Shown one piece after another: positions 37,090 through 51,947 of a DNA stretch of 64,000 nucleotides (position 1 is its first letter; every line of letters starts with the position of its first letter). The DNA lies in NCBI GenBank assembly GCA_030141605.1, contig JAQGDQ010001041.1, positions 1 to 64,000 of the forward strand, in the 5' to 3' direction. The DNA comes from Tubiluchus corallicola. Taxonomy: Eukaryota > Animalia > Priapulida. The notes below the pieces were generated by a model. It was not told the DNA's origin, ran no database searches, and saw only the letters and a program-made list of their open reading frames with translations. Both the position numbers and the translations under genes were made by a program.

Positions 37090-37381
37090 GTTGTTGTTGT
37101 TGTTGTTGCTGCTGCTGTTGCTGTCGTTGTCGCTGTTATAATGTTAATGTTATTGTTATTGTTACTCTTATTGTTATTGTTATTGTTTATTGTTATTGTT
37201 ATTGTTACAGGTATTGTTACTGTTACTGTCACTGTCACTGTCATTATCACTATCATTATCACTATCACTATCACTATCACTATCACTATCACTATCACTA
37301 TCACTATCACTATCACTATCACTATCACTATCACTGTCACTATCACTATCACTATCATTATTATTATTGTTATTGTTATTA
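37090..37381. repeat. Compound tri/hexanucleotide microsatellite ((ACTATC)n etc.)
   Basis: Seen directly. Confidence 0.95.
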
Positions 37382-39398
37382 TGCTGTAGGTTAAGAATAA
37401 AAAAAGCTTCGTTTGTCGTTTTTGTTGCAAACTTTAAATGCTGTAAATCGAATTATAACTGCGTTTCTGAGCTAAAATTCAGAAGTAACAAGCTTTGCTT
37501 CGTGTTTCTGTTACAAACGTTTAAAATTATGTAGAATTGGTGTAGGAATTTGCCTGGTATCCTTGCACCATATAACTAAAAGTTAAAAAGACGGTAACAC
37601 TTTATAATCAAACTTGCAAATCCACTGTTTAAACTAACCAAATTAAAAACGAAGAACACTGCGTACTACGCTGTATTAGAGAGACTTTGTTTAATGAAAT
37701 TTGTGATGAGGATCACTTACTGATGAGGATAAACTCAAACTCTTACTAAGCAGCAGAGTTTTTTTGCTAAATGTTTTAATAAAGCAACTATAATTTCTAT
37801 TCATAAAACAACAAATTTCTTTTTCTTTAAATGCATTGCTTTTATGCAAAATGCACGATGATGCTAAACCAAGCGCTTAGGTTTACTGTCTTTGTGCATT
37901 GTGGATTGTATTATAGTCATGAATAAACTAATCATTATTATGTCAATGAAAGCTCTGCATCTAAACTCACGACAGCCCTACTTCATGGCACATTAACATT
38001 GTGTTATTTTCAAAGTCACTCTGTACACCCTGTCTTCTCCTGTTTGTACCGCTTCAGTTGAATGTGATAAATTAAATTATCCAACCATCCAGAAAAATTT
38101 CCCTCAAAGCCAGTAGACGCACTCAGCCATTAGAAATTGCTCACGTAACAGGTTCATATAAACAAACTAATGAATAATATTTAGAAGGGGTTTTTGCCAT
38201 ATAGGCATATTCACATGTAAATTCACATAGGCACATTCACATGTACAGAGTACTATATATTGTAGATACACTGTTCTTATGACGTTATCAGCTTTCTGTG
38301 CATGAAAAATATTCCTTTGTGTGGGGATTTTGTCTTTGTTATACATTAGTCTGTGGGTAGAGTGATTTACTATCAGCATCTGGCTTGGGAACAAGAAAAA
38401 TTGAACTAGGTAAGGTCCTAGCTACCTGTTAAAATTGTTACTATTACAATAGCATGGGAGGCGGGGCGTTGTCAAATGTACACAAATGCGTTGTCTGGTA
38501 CACTTAACCTTTGACCTTTTCACGATCATTCTAATCACTGGAAATATGAAAAGATTTATTACTGTGACAGCCGGCGCTGGGTTCCTGATTGTTTATTACG
38601 TAACTTCCGGTATGAAAATGGCGACGCCTTGTTTTAAGCTTGGGCAATAGAATAAATGTGATGTACAGAATAAAACCTAATGATCCATTTTATTATTATA
38701 CTGTTGTATCAACTCTTCAGCAAAATTACCTCATCTCTACGTGAGGTGACGGCAGTAACAAATTAAACGTAACTGTTGACTGCCTGTCACTAGCCAACCG
38801 TGACAATTTATTATCTCTAGTGAAGCCATCCGTTTACAGTATGCCAGAGCACGCAGTACGTCTAAATTGAACACGTAGGCAACTCTGAACGTAATGTTTT
38901 CTATACAAGAAATTTTCATAAACTTACTTTAATTCTCTAATTTAGCTGGCGAAATTAAAATATATTAATTGTTGTGGGACACAGTTCATAAAATACGGCA
39001 TATAGTAGTTAGCATTGTTTTTTGCACTGCCTGGTTCTTCCTGCAAATTGTTCATAAATTTTCGGGAAGTTAAATAGATAAGAAAAGAGAACAGCTCCTT
39101 GTCTAACCCCTACAACGATTCTTGTAGCCTAAATGTGCCGTTCAATTTCTGTTCATATAGGTCGTTGTAAATAAATTGCTACATCTTATACCACCGTGAA
39201 AACACGCAACGTTTTAAAATAGGCAGCAAAAGTTCAAAACTGCTGCAGCTTTCACAGTAAGTTGACGAGAAATATTAATCATCCCTCTGGACAACTAATT
39301 CAACCATTTAAGAGAGTAGTTTTAAATGGTGACCGGTAATAAAGTTGCAGAAAAGAATCACGGAAAAAGTGTCACAAATAAAGGTCACAATTTCCATC

Positions 39399-39725
39399 TG
39401 TGACTTTTTACCTGTGACTTTGTACCTGTGACTTTTTACCTGTGACTTTTTAATTGTGACTTTATACATGTGACTTTATTATCTGGGTTCCAGCAAACAG
39501 CTACAACAACAATTATTATTCACTGTCATATTTTACCGAATCGATGACAATGACTTTTTACCTGACTTTTTACCTGTGACTTTTTACCTGTAACTTTATA
39601 CCTGTGAATTTATACCTGTGACATTTTACCTGTGACTTTTTACTTGTGACTTTATACGTGTGACTTTTTACCTGTGACTTTTTACTTGTGACTTTATACG
39701 TGTGACTTTTTACCTGTGACTTTAT
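39399..39725. repeat. 14-bp repeat (TTTTTACCTGTGAC) arrays within a local duplication
   Basis: Seen directly; the flank CAGCAAAC.GCTACAACAACAATTATTATTCACTGTCATA is duplicated. Confidence 0.85.
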
Positions 39726-40825
39726 TATCTGGATTTCAGCAAACTGCTACAACAACAATTATTATTCACTGTCATACTTTACCAAATCTATGACAACCAA
39801 CAATAATTCATTAGCTTCATTAGTGCCGCTTAGCTTAGACACGATACTTTACAGCAACCATTATAATTAGCTAATTGCTTTAATTAATTCAGATCAGCTT
39901 ACAAACTGCGCATGGACAATTTCATGCAACGGTAGCAAAACGAGCATAAATTATCGCCTGGTGAATTCAAAAGCTGTAAATCATAGTCTAATTAATTTTA
40001 GTCATCAGAAATGTTGAGTTGGATAATGTGTGGAAGTTAGTCAGCAAGCCAGTGAGTAGTACAAAGAGTGAAAATCTGCCATTATTATGCTAGGAAATAA
40101 ACTGATAACAGGTTCATTTCATACCCTAAAACAGTAACAAATTGTAGAAATTCGACATAACAGAATTGATACACAAGTCGCTTCATCTTCATGACTACAA
40201 CTTGAACAAGTTAAATCCAATGCGACGAGTTCGTGGGAAACCAGACTGCAAGATTTTCCACTTAGTATCTATAGTCTTTTTGCACTATTTGTTTACAATG
40301 TGGCCTGCCAATGTAAACAACATTGCTTCAAAAAACTGAACAAGTATGAAGGAACAAATAGTTTTAAGAATAAAAAACGCGCTAATTTCTTTCAAGATTG
40401 TTCTTTGTCGCTTCAAGCTTTCATGGTTAAACACCAATTTTTCAAGATCGAGTACAAAAAATTTCAAGAGGCGGCAACACTAAACGCAACCAACGTTTCA
40501 GAACTCACTACATTTACTCACGGTAATGACAATTTTAATCTTTTATATGGTAAAAATGTTACCCAACAGCTTTAAACAAACAATAGTACAATACGAAATT
40601 AGCCACGAATATTTAAAAGATACTCAAGACAGTTACAAATCGAAGAACGTTTTTTAAAAATTTACTTCATCGTCAAACAGTTTCGTTTTGTTTTTCTTTA
40701 CCCGTACTAATACAATTTGTCACGTTTTGGAAACAGTCTTAATTTATCCAGACAGGTTTTCTAATAAGCAAGAAACAGAAGTGATCAATGAAGAACAGTT
40801 TCTCTACCCATCTGTATACAGTGGT

Positions 40826-41577
40826 TATACAGTATACAGATAATAGAAAATTGGTACAGTAGTGCAAAATACCTTTAGAACTGCTGCAAATCCAATATTA
40901 TATACAGTATATATATAATAGAAAATTGGTACAGTAGTACAAAATACCTTTAGAACTGCTGCACGTCCAATATTATATACAGTATATACATAATAGAAAA
41001 TCGGTACAGTAGTACAAAATACCTTTAGAACTGCTGCACATCCATTATTATATACAGTATATACATAATAGAAAATTGGTACAGTAGTACAAAATACCTT
41101 TAGAACTGCTGCACATCCATTATTATATACAGTATATACATAATAGAAAATTGGTACAGTAGTACAAAATACCTTTAGAACTGCTGCACATCCAATATTA
41201 TATACAGTATATAGATAATAGAAAATTGGTACAGTAGTACAAAATACCTTTAGAACTGCTGCACATCCAATATTATATACAGTATATAGATAATAGAAAA
41301 TTGGTACAGTAGTACAAAATGCCTTTAGAACTGCTGCAAATCCAATATTATATACAGTATATACATAATAGAAAATTGATACAGTAGTACAAAATACCTT
41401 TAGAACTGCTGCAAATCCAATATTATATACAGTATATAGATAATAGAAAATTGATACAGTAGTACAAAATACCTTTAGAACTGCTGCACGTCCAATATTA
41501 TATACAGTATATAGATAATAGAAAATTGATACAGTAGTACAAAATACCTTTAGAACTGCTGCACATCCAATATTATA
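40826..41577. repeat. 75-bp minisatellite, about 10 copies
   Basis: TAATAGAAAA occurs at 40841, 40916, 40991 and onward. Confidence 0.95.
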
Positions 41578-44121
41578 ATATCCAAATCAGAATTTCGTGC
41601 CCGCAAATATAAAGCGTTTACGCCTTATTATGGGCGCATTATAATGGGCATATCTTGTACTCTGTGTAAATCTCCACTTAGCAGAATACAAATAAGTAAA
41701 TATAACAACGTATTAAACTGTTTGCATGCTTGTAAACAAGCCCACAGACTGTCGTGGCTGCAAAGTACTTTAACGCAAGGTACTTTAACTTCATTCGCAA
41801 ATATTAATAATAGTCTCATCGCAGCCTAGGAGCAAAACAGCGGAAGTCAGAGACTATACGTCCGGTTAAACTAGGTAGTGCATCATTAGTTATTCACATG
41901 TTTTTACTTATTAAATGTAGTAAACGTATTAAGCGTGTATTTTATAACTTTCGTACTCTCAAATTTACTGTTAAAAACAAGAACAGTGTCTAGTCAGCTT
42001 GGAACTAAGCTAGTAAGCTCTGTGTGTTAAAGAGCCTTACATTTCTAAATTATTATTAACATCATTTAATAAATATTTTATTTCATAAAAAGTGTTATTA
42101 GTTGAAATTATTTACACCATTAGTAATAAAAACAACATAACGATAGCAAAAAGAATGAATGGGCCTAGTATTTCTGATAAAATATATAAGAAGTACAACT
42201 TCTTTTCAAATTAACTTGTTACGATGTAATTTAGAATTGATTACAGTTGTGCTACGCTTAAAAAATTCATGTCATTACAGTCTATGCATTCGATGCAATC
42301 TCTAGCCATATTAGCAATTACCTGTTGGTTTCCTATCGAAGTCATTTTCCTCACTGATCTCCATGCCAAAATATATTATATCCATTTTCTAACTGATGTT
42401 CTAACTATTACAATTGAATGTGCAACATGTCAGTCGTAAATTAAAACCCATTGCTGATTTAACAGTAAACAGAGCTTGGTGCGCCACAAACTTAAAAATG
42501 TTACTACTTTGTTTACAACTAATACAGCATTTACTAAAACGGTTGGCAAACTGTTGACTTGGTAGTAAATTAGACATTTATCATATAACCTATATTATGT
42601 TCTAGAAAAATAACAGTAATAATAATAAGACTTGTAAGTGAAGCCTTGCACACAAATGGTGCCAACTTTCTAACACACAGACGGTGGTTTTGCAAACTAG
42701 TTTTTCTCAAACTATGGGAAGCTGATCATATGTATCTCTGGCTTCTATTAGGAGGGGTTTCATAGACTGGGCGGCAAAACAAACAGTAGAACAAAACGCG
42801 CCGCGGCACACTCATACAATAATCTCGGTCGAGGTTTTTTCTGCTGTGACTTTGAAGTAGAAGCGTTAAATGCAATATCATGTTCACTGAAGCCAGAAAG
42901 ATGCAGCGCGTAAAAGAGTAGCACACGTCTCGTCGTATGAGCGGAAGTAAATGAGTTTCTTCAATGGCTTCATAGGGTAGTGGCTTCAGTTGAGGTAGAG
43001 GGACTATTTTCGCGTCAATGAAGGAAATTACCAGCAGAGACGCAGTTTAATACAGTAATAAGAATATGAAAGGTCTACAAAATCTGAATCGTAAACAGAA
43101 GGTCCCCGGTTCAAATCCAGGCTGCACATTTCCTGCCTCTCAAATTTAGCAAAATTTTAACTAATTCTGCGTTTGTAGCATTAGGAATTCCCAAGGTGTC
43201 AGGGCTTTAAAGAAGAAGTGATAAAATTCGTTCATTTTAGCGGCCAAACCAAAGCAAAAAGTACCATTTGTAAAAATTATAGATACACTTAAAAGTACGC
43301 CGGACGATTGTGTAGACATTAGCTCAAAATAAACTATGCTCTAAAATATTCAAAACTAGAACAGCTCTTTTTAAATCAGTGCTTAGATTAAGTAATAACT
43401 ACCTAGGATAGTTAAATTTTGTTAAACTTTCAAAGCTATCTGAGTCACCAGCAGGCATTATTATTGGCTGTTCATTCCGAGAATGACTACAGATACTAAT
43501 AATCAGTTTGATATCGTAAAACATGAATGACATTCAAATATCACTGTCATTTCCGACGTCCACACGATGCTGCAACACTGACAAACTCGACAATGACAGT
43601 ATTTTGAATGACCGCGTGGACGACACATTAGAAAACGAACTTGCCTTACAACAATGTGCAAACAGAGCACTGAGAACATTGTACCAACCACTAGCAAACA
43701 CAATCAACAGGCGAAACAGTTAAACTTTCAGCCTTAAACAAAACGAACACGAGAAAAACATTAAATTCTACCTCATTTCTACAAGTCGCGGGGTCTGAAA
43801 ACTCGTGAATCGATTATCCTGTAAATCGGGAGTTTATCAACGCGTCTCTGTTCTACTAATGTATTCCCAGAAGGCAGGCAGTCAGTATGTCTTAATTCAT
43901 CAATTACTTGCGAGCGCCAAAGTGCTCCATCAAATTGTGTTTTCTTATACACTGTTCAACTTCTTTTGGTCAACACGGGGAGAAAGAAAGCAAACAGATT
44001 TGGTGAAGTATGGAGAAAATTGCTACAGGGAAATTGACGAGGCTGGCAAATGTAATGCATTGCATCTCACTAACAAGCGAGGCTGAGTTACACACCCAAC
44101 CAATTCAAATTGCGTAAAAGT

Positions 44122-44511
44122 TTAAAGGAAAGATCAAGCCTTCTAGGCGGTTAGGCTTATTTCACCGTTCGCGAAAAATGTTAGAAGGATTTAGTAATAA
44201 AGGTGCAATAAGCGCCTCGTGTAATTAGTAAAATCATTTTAAAGTCGCGATCACTTCATGCTTGGGCGCTCCCATTTTCAATGCCCATTTTTCTTCCAAT
44301 GACGTCATTCGTCTTGAAGAAAAGTAGTGCACTGTCAGTCTTCACAAAAATAGTACAATAAGTTTTTACAAAAAAATGGATGGCTAATTTTGTAACATTT
44401 TTGCGTGAACATGAAGTAAAGTTGCATTAGTTTAAGCAGCGCTTCCAATTAACTTTAAATGATAACAGTAAAATAAACCCAACATACTGAGTGACCTGCT
44501 CTTTCCTTTAA
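44122..44511. mobile_element. TTAA-flanked Kolobok/T2-like MITE, family C
   Basis: TTAA-AGGAAAGATCAAGCC ... GACCTGCTCTTTCCT-TTAA. Confidence 0.65.
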
Positions 44512-45125
44512 AGGAATGCAGGACTCCATCATCTTAAACTATAGTTCAAAACACTCTGCAATTTAAAATATTGAAAGGAAACATACTATTTCTTCAAGAA
44601 CGACTTACGTGAAAGAGTTATTATTATTACAGGAACGTAATTTCGCGTTTGCGCTGCTAATTCTTTGCTGCATGTTTAGACGGGTACTAGCGCCTACATC
44701 TCGGAAACACTTTGCCGAAAAAAACAAGTGCTGTACCTCTCAGTTCATAGGTGTTCGTTTGTGACATAGTGCACACATTCGACAGCTAATATGTGAGCAT
44801 AGCGGTAGGCTTCAAATTACAGTTTTAAACTTAAAATTTGCCGAGTTTTAGTAGAACATACTGAACCTCTTACAGTAGCACTGTAGGCCTTACTTCAATT
44901 TTCGCTTTTGCAAACACGTGCAACACGCTCGTGGAATGTTTGTGCTGTTGAAAATTATGTTCAGTTGTGATATCATCACGAGCTGAGCTCGCTCGCCATT
45001 ATTAGGGTTTTAACGTATTATTCAATTATCAGAAGCGCTTTGGTGTTATTACAGGTGTTAAAATGTACACTTTTACAGTACTTCAAAACGGGGTAGTATA
45101 TGAAAAATCACCCACTTTCCTTTAA
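44508..45125. mobile_element. Kolobok/T2-like MITE, family B
   Basis: TTAA-AGGAATGCAGGA ... AAAATCACCCACTTTCCT-TTAA with family B internal blocks. Confidence 0.8.
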
Positions 45126-47495
45126 TAAACCAACTGAACTCATTAAGTCACCACAAACAAATACGTATAACGTTTGTATACACTGTCTAACACTGGACAT
45201 TATAGTCATATAAATGCACAAAGCAATACTAAATTAGAACGACTGAAAAACTAAATCATATGGACTCGAACCCAAGATCTTCAGCTAGTATGAAGTACTG
45301 GGCTAGAATTACTACAGGACAGAGTGTTTCCATTAATTTTGTCGTTTTCCAGTGCTTGTAAATAACAACAACTGAAGATTCAACCTGTTGATAAATTTAT
45401 TCCTGCAATAAAATCAATTTTCACAGGATTCTCAAGCGTTTTAAGTGTCTAATCTTAACCAGCGAGTCAACATACAAACCACAATTGCTTGATATTTGAC
45501 AGATAGAATCATAAACGAGTCCTATGCATTAATAATACCAAGCAAATTTAGCATGTCCAATAACAATCATCAGCGAGAACGGTATGAGCGTTTGCTTATA
45601 TAATCACTCAGTGAACTGAAGCCCATTGCAAATACGCGAAAATACTTGATCTTCTAATGATCCACGTTTATCTCCTGTAGTAATTGTGCAATCATTGCTG
45701 TCGTAAATCATTTCTGGAGCAAGAAAAAACTTAGACTTATCTAAACACTCTTGTATAATAGTTTACTAACTAGAGTGCTCAAATGGGAAGCCAGCAAGTC
45801 CTACGCACGCGCAAAACTTGTTGCTATTATCGTTTTGGACATTTGGAGATGGAAATTTGAGCAGTAATTTAAAGTCAAGCTACATCCTCACTATAATATA
45901 CGTTTTTAAAACATAAGCATTTACAATACAAGACGTTAAAATCATACACTCATTACAAATATTCAATTTACCTTATTATAAACTTACTGTAAAACTGGTT
46001 TCTTTTGATTTTATCACTTCATTGTTCACGATATTAAATTTGAAGAACCGCCATTTTTCCTTGCGCGAGGCGAATGACGTAATGAGTACAGTCACGAGGT
46101 CACCAAAGATCGGTAAACAATCATCGGTAACCATTGTACCGCTTTTTGTACCGCGTACGTCATTCTCGCTCACTCGCGCTAAAGACGTGAAACATGGCGA
46201 TCATTACGGCAATGCACGCACTCGAAATTCGCCAGAAAAAGGTAAACTCTTTAATTTATAAATCTCTTTTGTTTAATAATAATTATGAATTCTCTGTGTA
46301 ATCATAATAATGCGTTAAAGAACAGTGTCTGTTGGGGTTACATAAGCCCTTTATATTGTCACATTTTAAGCAATTCTAGTACAGCAGTGGTACTTGGACG
46401 ACTGTGATTATTCTGATTCATTCTTAACTTTAATACTTAAAGATTTCATTAGGAATCACAGATTAACACCTACAATGAATTTCACAATAAACTGTCCAGT
46501 TCCCTGAGATTGTTCAAAGACAAGAAAATTCGTCTTGAAATTTTATTCGTCTGAAAAATTCGTCATTGCATACAGGGATCGTGTTAGCAGTAACACTATA
46601 TAAAACTTGTAAATTTAAATTTCTGCGATGACTGTTACATTTAGACGTTTGACTGTTACAGCAAGACGTTTGAAACAAATTTAGATAACATTGATTAAAA
46701 TTCGAAAAAATGATCAGAAAATTTTGGCCAGTTATAAAACTATCACACTGCGACAAAACTTTTCCACCTATTGAAGAAGATCAACAGTTTTTCTTTAAAC
46801 TGGAACTATTTTTGGTGGCCAGTACATTTGGAGTAACAGATACAGGATACTATAGGTGACCTACATAAGGTATAATCCAATAAAAGAAAAAAAACCAAAA
46901 ACAACAAGAAACCACTCCGATTCTTCTTTCTAATTTTATAAGGAGAGAAAATATAATGGCAGTAGAGATGGTCTCCATACCGTCATGTATTATTTATTCA
47001 TTCATTTTGTGTGTGAAGCTGTGCGTGTGCGTGTGCGTGCGTGCATACATGATTTAATTATACAATTATACAGTGTTATAATTACGTGAATATACATGTA
47101 CCATGTAAACAGAGTGATGACATATTTGGGCACACAAACTAGTTATTATCAATCATTTTGTACATGGAATTAGTTAACACATGCATGTGCAGCTAATGAG
47201 GAATGATGGTAGTTAATGGAAGAGACAGCGTCATATTCATTGAATAATAGGTTCACATTTATTAATTAATAAACAGCATCTGTTGAGTTGATGATTAGTC
47301 TAATTAGTTAGAATCACTATAGTGTAAGGGATCTAACAATAAACAATAATTGCATTATTGTAATTTCTGTTCAAATACTATTACTCTGTTTCTTGTATGG
47401 TACTGTTTTGTATACTAACTATTATTGATGTATTGTATTATATTGTATTGTATACTAGCTGTTGTTATATGACCAGTGCTTGCAATAAAACCTTT

Positions 47496-47668
47496 GCTAC
47501 TGCTACCGACACTGCCACCAACACCACTATCACTACCACCACCACTACTATTGCCACTACAACAACAAGAACTACTGCTACTGCTGCTACCACCACCACC
47601 ACCGCCACCAACACCACTATCACTACCACCACCACTACTGTTGCCACTACAACAACAACTACTACTAT
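47496..47668. repeat. (ACC/ACT)-rich simple repeat
   Basis: Seen directly. Confidence 0.9.
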
Positions 47669-48426
47669 CAGTACATTGGAAATGCTGAATTCGGTCGTCC
47701 GGCTACAAAGCATGAACTTTGGATTGCCTTGACCACTGAGAAATAGTGCCTAGTGGTCAACACATTTGTGTTGTAAGCAAAAGGCAAACGCTTGGTTCAA
47801 GTCACATTTCCCATCTTTCAAGTTCTTAATTTGGTTATCAAAATTTAATTAATTGAGAGTTTGTACCATCATTCATACATATTAAAGTACTGATAGGCTG
47901 CACTGATAACTATGCACTTTACGACAGAATAATGTTGCTTTACTTACAGAATTACTTCCACCTTGCATATTTCAAATTACTCAAAATTACTAGTATAGTA
48001 GTATTCAAATGCACATTGTGGTGGTACATTCTTAAAGCACAAGAAAACACTCTTCACAAAGAATGTTTTTGAAAAATTCACTTTGAAGTTTTAGATCACT
48101 TACATGCTGTCTTATTGCATACAGAGCTTACCAGTAACGCTGTACAAAACTTGTAAATTTGAACTCCCGCGATGAGCATTAAGGCCTAGCCTCAGCCATT
48201 TTAACAGTAAGTCGTATAAAACAACTTTAGATAACATTGCCTAAAGCTTGAAAAAATAATCACAGCACCGTACATACTGTTAGTTAACTAAGCAATCAAT
48301 AATTGGTGAATTGACCGTTTTACCAGTTAGCGTGAATATGTTTTAAATTAATAATTTCTTTACTAATTACATAAGTCTTTCAAACAGGTAATGGTAATTA
48401 ATATAATTTTGTATAGAAGTTCTTTT

Positions 48427-48712
48427 GTCTTTTCTTGAGGGTAATTGTCTTTTCTGGGGGGTAATTGTCTTTTCTTGGGGGTAATTGTCTTCTCTTGGGG
48501 GTAACTGTCTTCTCTTGGGGGTAACTGTCTCCTCTTGGGGGTAATTGTCTCCTCTTGGGGGGAATTGTCTCCTTTTGGTCGGAATTGTCTTTTCTTGGGG
48601 GTAATTGTCTTTTCTTGGGGGTAATTGTCTTTTCTTGGGGGTAATTGTCTCCTCTTGGGGGTAATTGTCTTTTCTTGGGGGTAATTGTCTTCTCTTGGGG
48701 GTAATTGTCTCT
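48427..48712. repeat. 20-bp minisatellite (GTAATTGTCTTTTCTTGGGG)
   Basis: About 14 copies in register. Confidence 0.95.
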
Positions 48713-49174
48713 TGTTCTACGTATCTCTTTCTTCCATGGACTTTCTGCAGTCGAAAATGAACAACAAGAAACACAACAGCATTTGCCAAGAATAATAAAC
48801 AGGGCGAAAATAAATGAAATGAAAACCTCCTCGCGATGATTTCACGGCTCGCTGCCAGAGGGCAGAACCATCGGTAGAAGAGCATGAATTCTTGAGCGTG
48901 TGAAGCACTGCACATGGTGTTCAGTAAAACGAAAACGCAATAACTACAAACCTTTTATTGATTGCTACATATATGCTTACTAGATATTTTTGTATATAAA
49001 CCTGGATTTAAGCAAATATCAAAAAATGAAAAAAAAACGGATTAAGCTAATATAGAAGACGAAAAAAACTGAATGAAAAGTTTTTCTACAGTGAAGAAAA
49101 AATGAAAATTTTCCATCTACTGACGAAAAAGACTTTATAAAACTGTAGGAGTGATTGTCACAACGTACCACAAC

Positions 49175-49631
49175 GTACGTGTACTTCACTGTACGGTTCA
49201 CGTTACGTCAGTCTAACGTGTACTTCGCTGGTACAGTTCACGTTACGTCAGTCTAACGTGTACTTCGCTGGTACGGTTCACGTTACGTCAGTCTAACGTG
49301 TACTTCGCTGGTACAGTTCACGTTACGTCAGTCTAACGTGTACTTCGCTGGTACAGTTCACGTTACGTCAGTCTAACGTGTACTTCGCTGGTACGGTTCA
49401 CGTTACGTGAGTCTAACGTGTACTTCGCTGGTACAGTTCACGTTACGTCAGTCTAATGTGTACTTCGCTGGTACGGTTCACGTTACGTCAGTCTAACATG
49501 TACTTCGCTGGTACAGTTCACGTTACGTCAGTCTAACGTGTACTTCGCTGGTAGAGTGCACGTTACTTTAGTCTAACGTGTAGTTCGCTGGTACAGTTCA
49601 CGTTACTTTAGTCTAAAGTGTACTTCGCTGG
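49175..49631. repeat. 40-bp minisatellite (GTACTTCGCTGGTACAGTTCACGTTACGTCAGTCTAACGT)
   Basis: About 11 copies. Confidence 0.95.
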
Positions 49632-51506
49632 GACAGAGTAAATTTTTCAAGTCTTCTTTCTTGAATTAAATATGCTTATATCATCAGATTCTCATATGTC
49701 CATTATCAGGACCTGAGGGTTTCTTTCAATAATGGCGTTCTACAATAAGTGGGGAAAATATATGATAATGAAGCTAGAGGTGGCGTAACTCCGTTAGCTC
49801 TCCACTGCAACTTGCACTTCCCATTACAAGTAAAAACAGAGTTAAAACCAGTAAAAAAAACTACGCGAAATAAGTTTAACATTTTTACTGCTATGCTAGT
49901 GGCGTGTCAGCACCACTTCCGACAAAATATGCTTTGCCAGCATCAAAAGTGTCCTTTCAAGAATGTAATAAATATATCATTGACACAATGTACATTGTAC
50001 AAGCATTCGTTTTCTGCATTAATTACTTTCACAGTGTTTATGAAACAAATAAAATAAAATCAATAATATAAAAGATGCAAAAAATACTTTATGAAGTAGG
50101 TAGTAGTTTCAGTTTTACACTAAAACAAAAAGAAAACCCCCTAACTAAGATTTTTTTTAACACTTTTAACTTTTCTTGGTGGTTTATATAAGAGCAAGTC
50201 TGGTGTGAAAGTGTCATTCCCTAAGAAAATCAAAAACTTCATTTCGGGCGTTTCACTCGTTAGATGACGCCAGAAGCTCTTTAGTCCTTAGTTACAGCAG
50301 CATTTGAGTTTGTTTATCACTTGTCACATTTCGCTGTGTAGCATTGCTTACAGTTTCAAAGAATCCAAGGACGCGGTATCGAAGGAAGCCGTTGCTAGGA
50401 CATTTGTTTAGCCTGTGATTTTCCGAAGTTTTGCGAGCAAAACCGAAACAATGTTATGGGGGGGGGGGGGAGAAACTTCGAGCCCCGATTTCATTAGGAG
50501 GGAAACCACGAAATTTAACAAAATTAGTGTCAATTTTTGAAGTTACGGTTAGCTCTTTTAATTAAAGGAAACTTGTTTCACGTTAAATTTGACCTCTAAA
50601 TAGCACACTGATTACTAGCCAGATGAATGTATTCAGTGTACACATGTACCAATCCATTGTTATCAACAACCTAAATTCAACAACCTAAAACTAACAGCTT
50701 TTCAACCCTTTCCATACGGCACAACAATTAGCATTCTGTTTCATCGTTTCCAGTCGAATGGCATTGCTACGTGCGTCACAAACGTTTATTAAGCTGAAAG
50801 TGCGTCTACCACGCAAGAGAATTATTACTACTCTCTGCTGGAGGAATACTAATACTGCAAGTGTTTAACGTCATAATACGTTCTCTTCCTATGAGACATC
50901 AATAGCAGAACTTAATTAACTCACGGGAGGCCAAGCTATGCGGTGTGGTTATATCACCCGGTAATGCTAAATTAATATTTTAACAACAAACCACCACCAG
51001 GGCATCGGCTACGTAGTGTCCAAGGCGTGAATTATTTATACAGACAGTACCGAGTGGTAATATATTTAATGTTCAAAGATAAGACGATGCATTATGGATG
51101 GAGTATTACAGCAACTCGCGGGTCAACACACATCTCCGCAAAACATTCTTCCAAGAGTTAAATGCCACGATGGGGCGAGTCCACGATACCGGGGAATCTT
51201 GTCCTTTAAGACATTTAGACAGTTTGCAACTCTTGCTAATCTGGATACGGTCTCAATAAGCTCAACGGACAACAAAGATTTCCTCTTCAGTCAATACAAA
51301 ACCAGTTTTCCAAGCAAGCAGCTGCTAAAACTTAATCCAAAACCTCTTTGTGTTATTAGTTTTTTTTCCTATCCATTTGTAGGATAATCCAATAGAGGAC
51401 AGAAGGAAGCCATAGAGGATGATGTAAATGTGGGGATTATTCCAGATTAAAGATGCTGGAATAACGTCTAGTATGAAAACTGAGTTACCCAAAATGAGTG
51501 CGTTAG

Positions 51507-51947
51507 GAAGGAGATTACAATTCCCCACACAGTTTAAATACCCGAAGCCAAACCCTAATCCTCACCCTACCCTAACCCAAATCCTAACCCGAACGAACTA
51601 ATTTCTTGTGTGTGGGGAATTGTAAACTTTAGCCAAATAGAAACCCTAATCCTCACCCTAATCCTAACCCTAACCTGTTTCACGAATATATTTCTTGTGT
51701 GAGGAATTGTAAACTTTAGCCAAATATGAACCCTAATCCTCACCCTACCCTAACCCTAATCCTAACCCTAACCTGCTTCACGAACTAATTTCTTGTGTGA
51801 GGAATTGTAAACTTTAGCCAAATATGAACCATAATCCTCACCCTACCCTAACCCTAATCCTAACTCTAATCCGCTTCACGAACTAATTTCTTGTGTGTGA
51901 GGAATTGTAAACTTTAGCTAAATAGAAACCGTAATCCTCACCCTAGC
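51507..51947 (-). mobile_element. Tandemly amplified copy of the TTAGGG-containing element
   Basis: CCCTAA-like tracts followed by GGAATTGTAAACTTTAGC at 51616, 51703, 51801 and 51901. Confidence 0.8.

Noticed and set aside
51540-51947. True telomere or chromosome fusion site
   Set aside because: The repeats are short, degenerate and embedded in a dispersed element also present at 14619.
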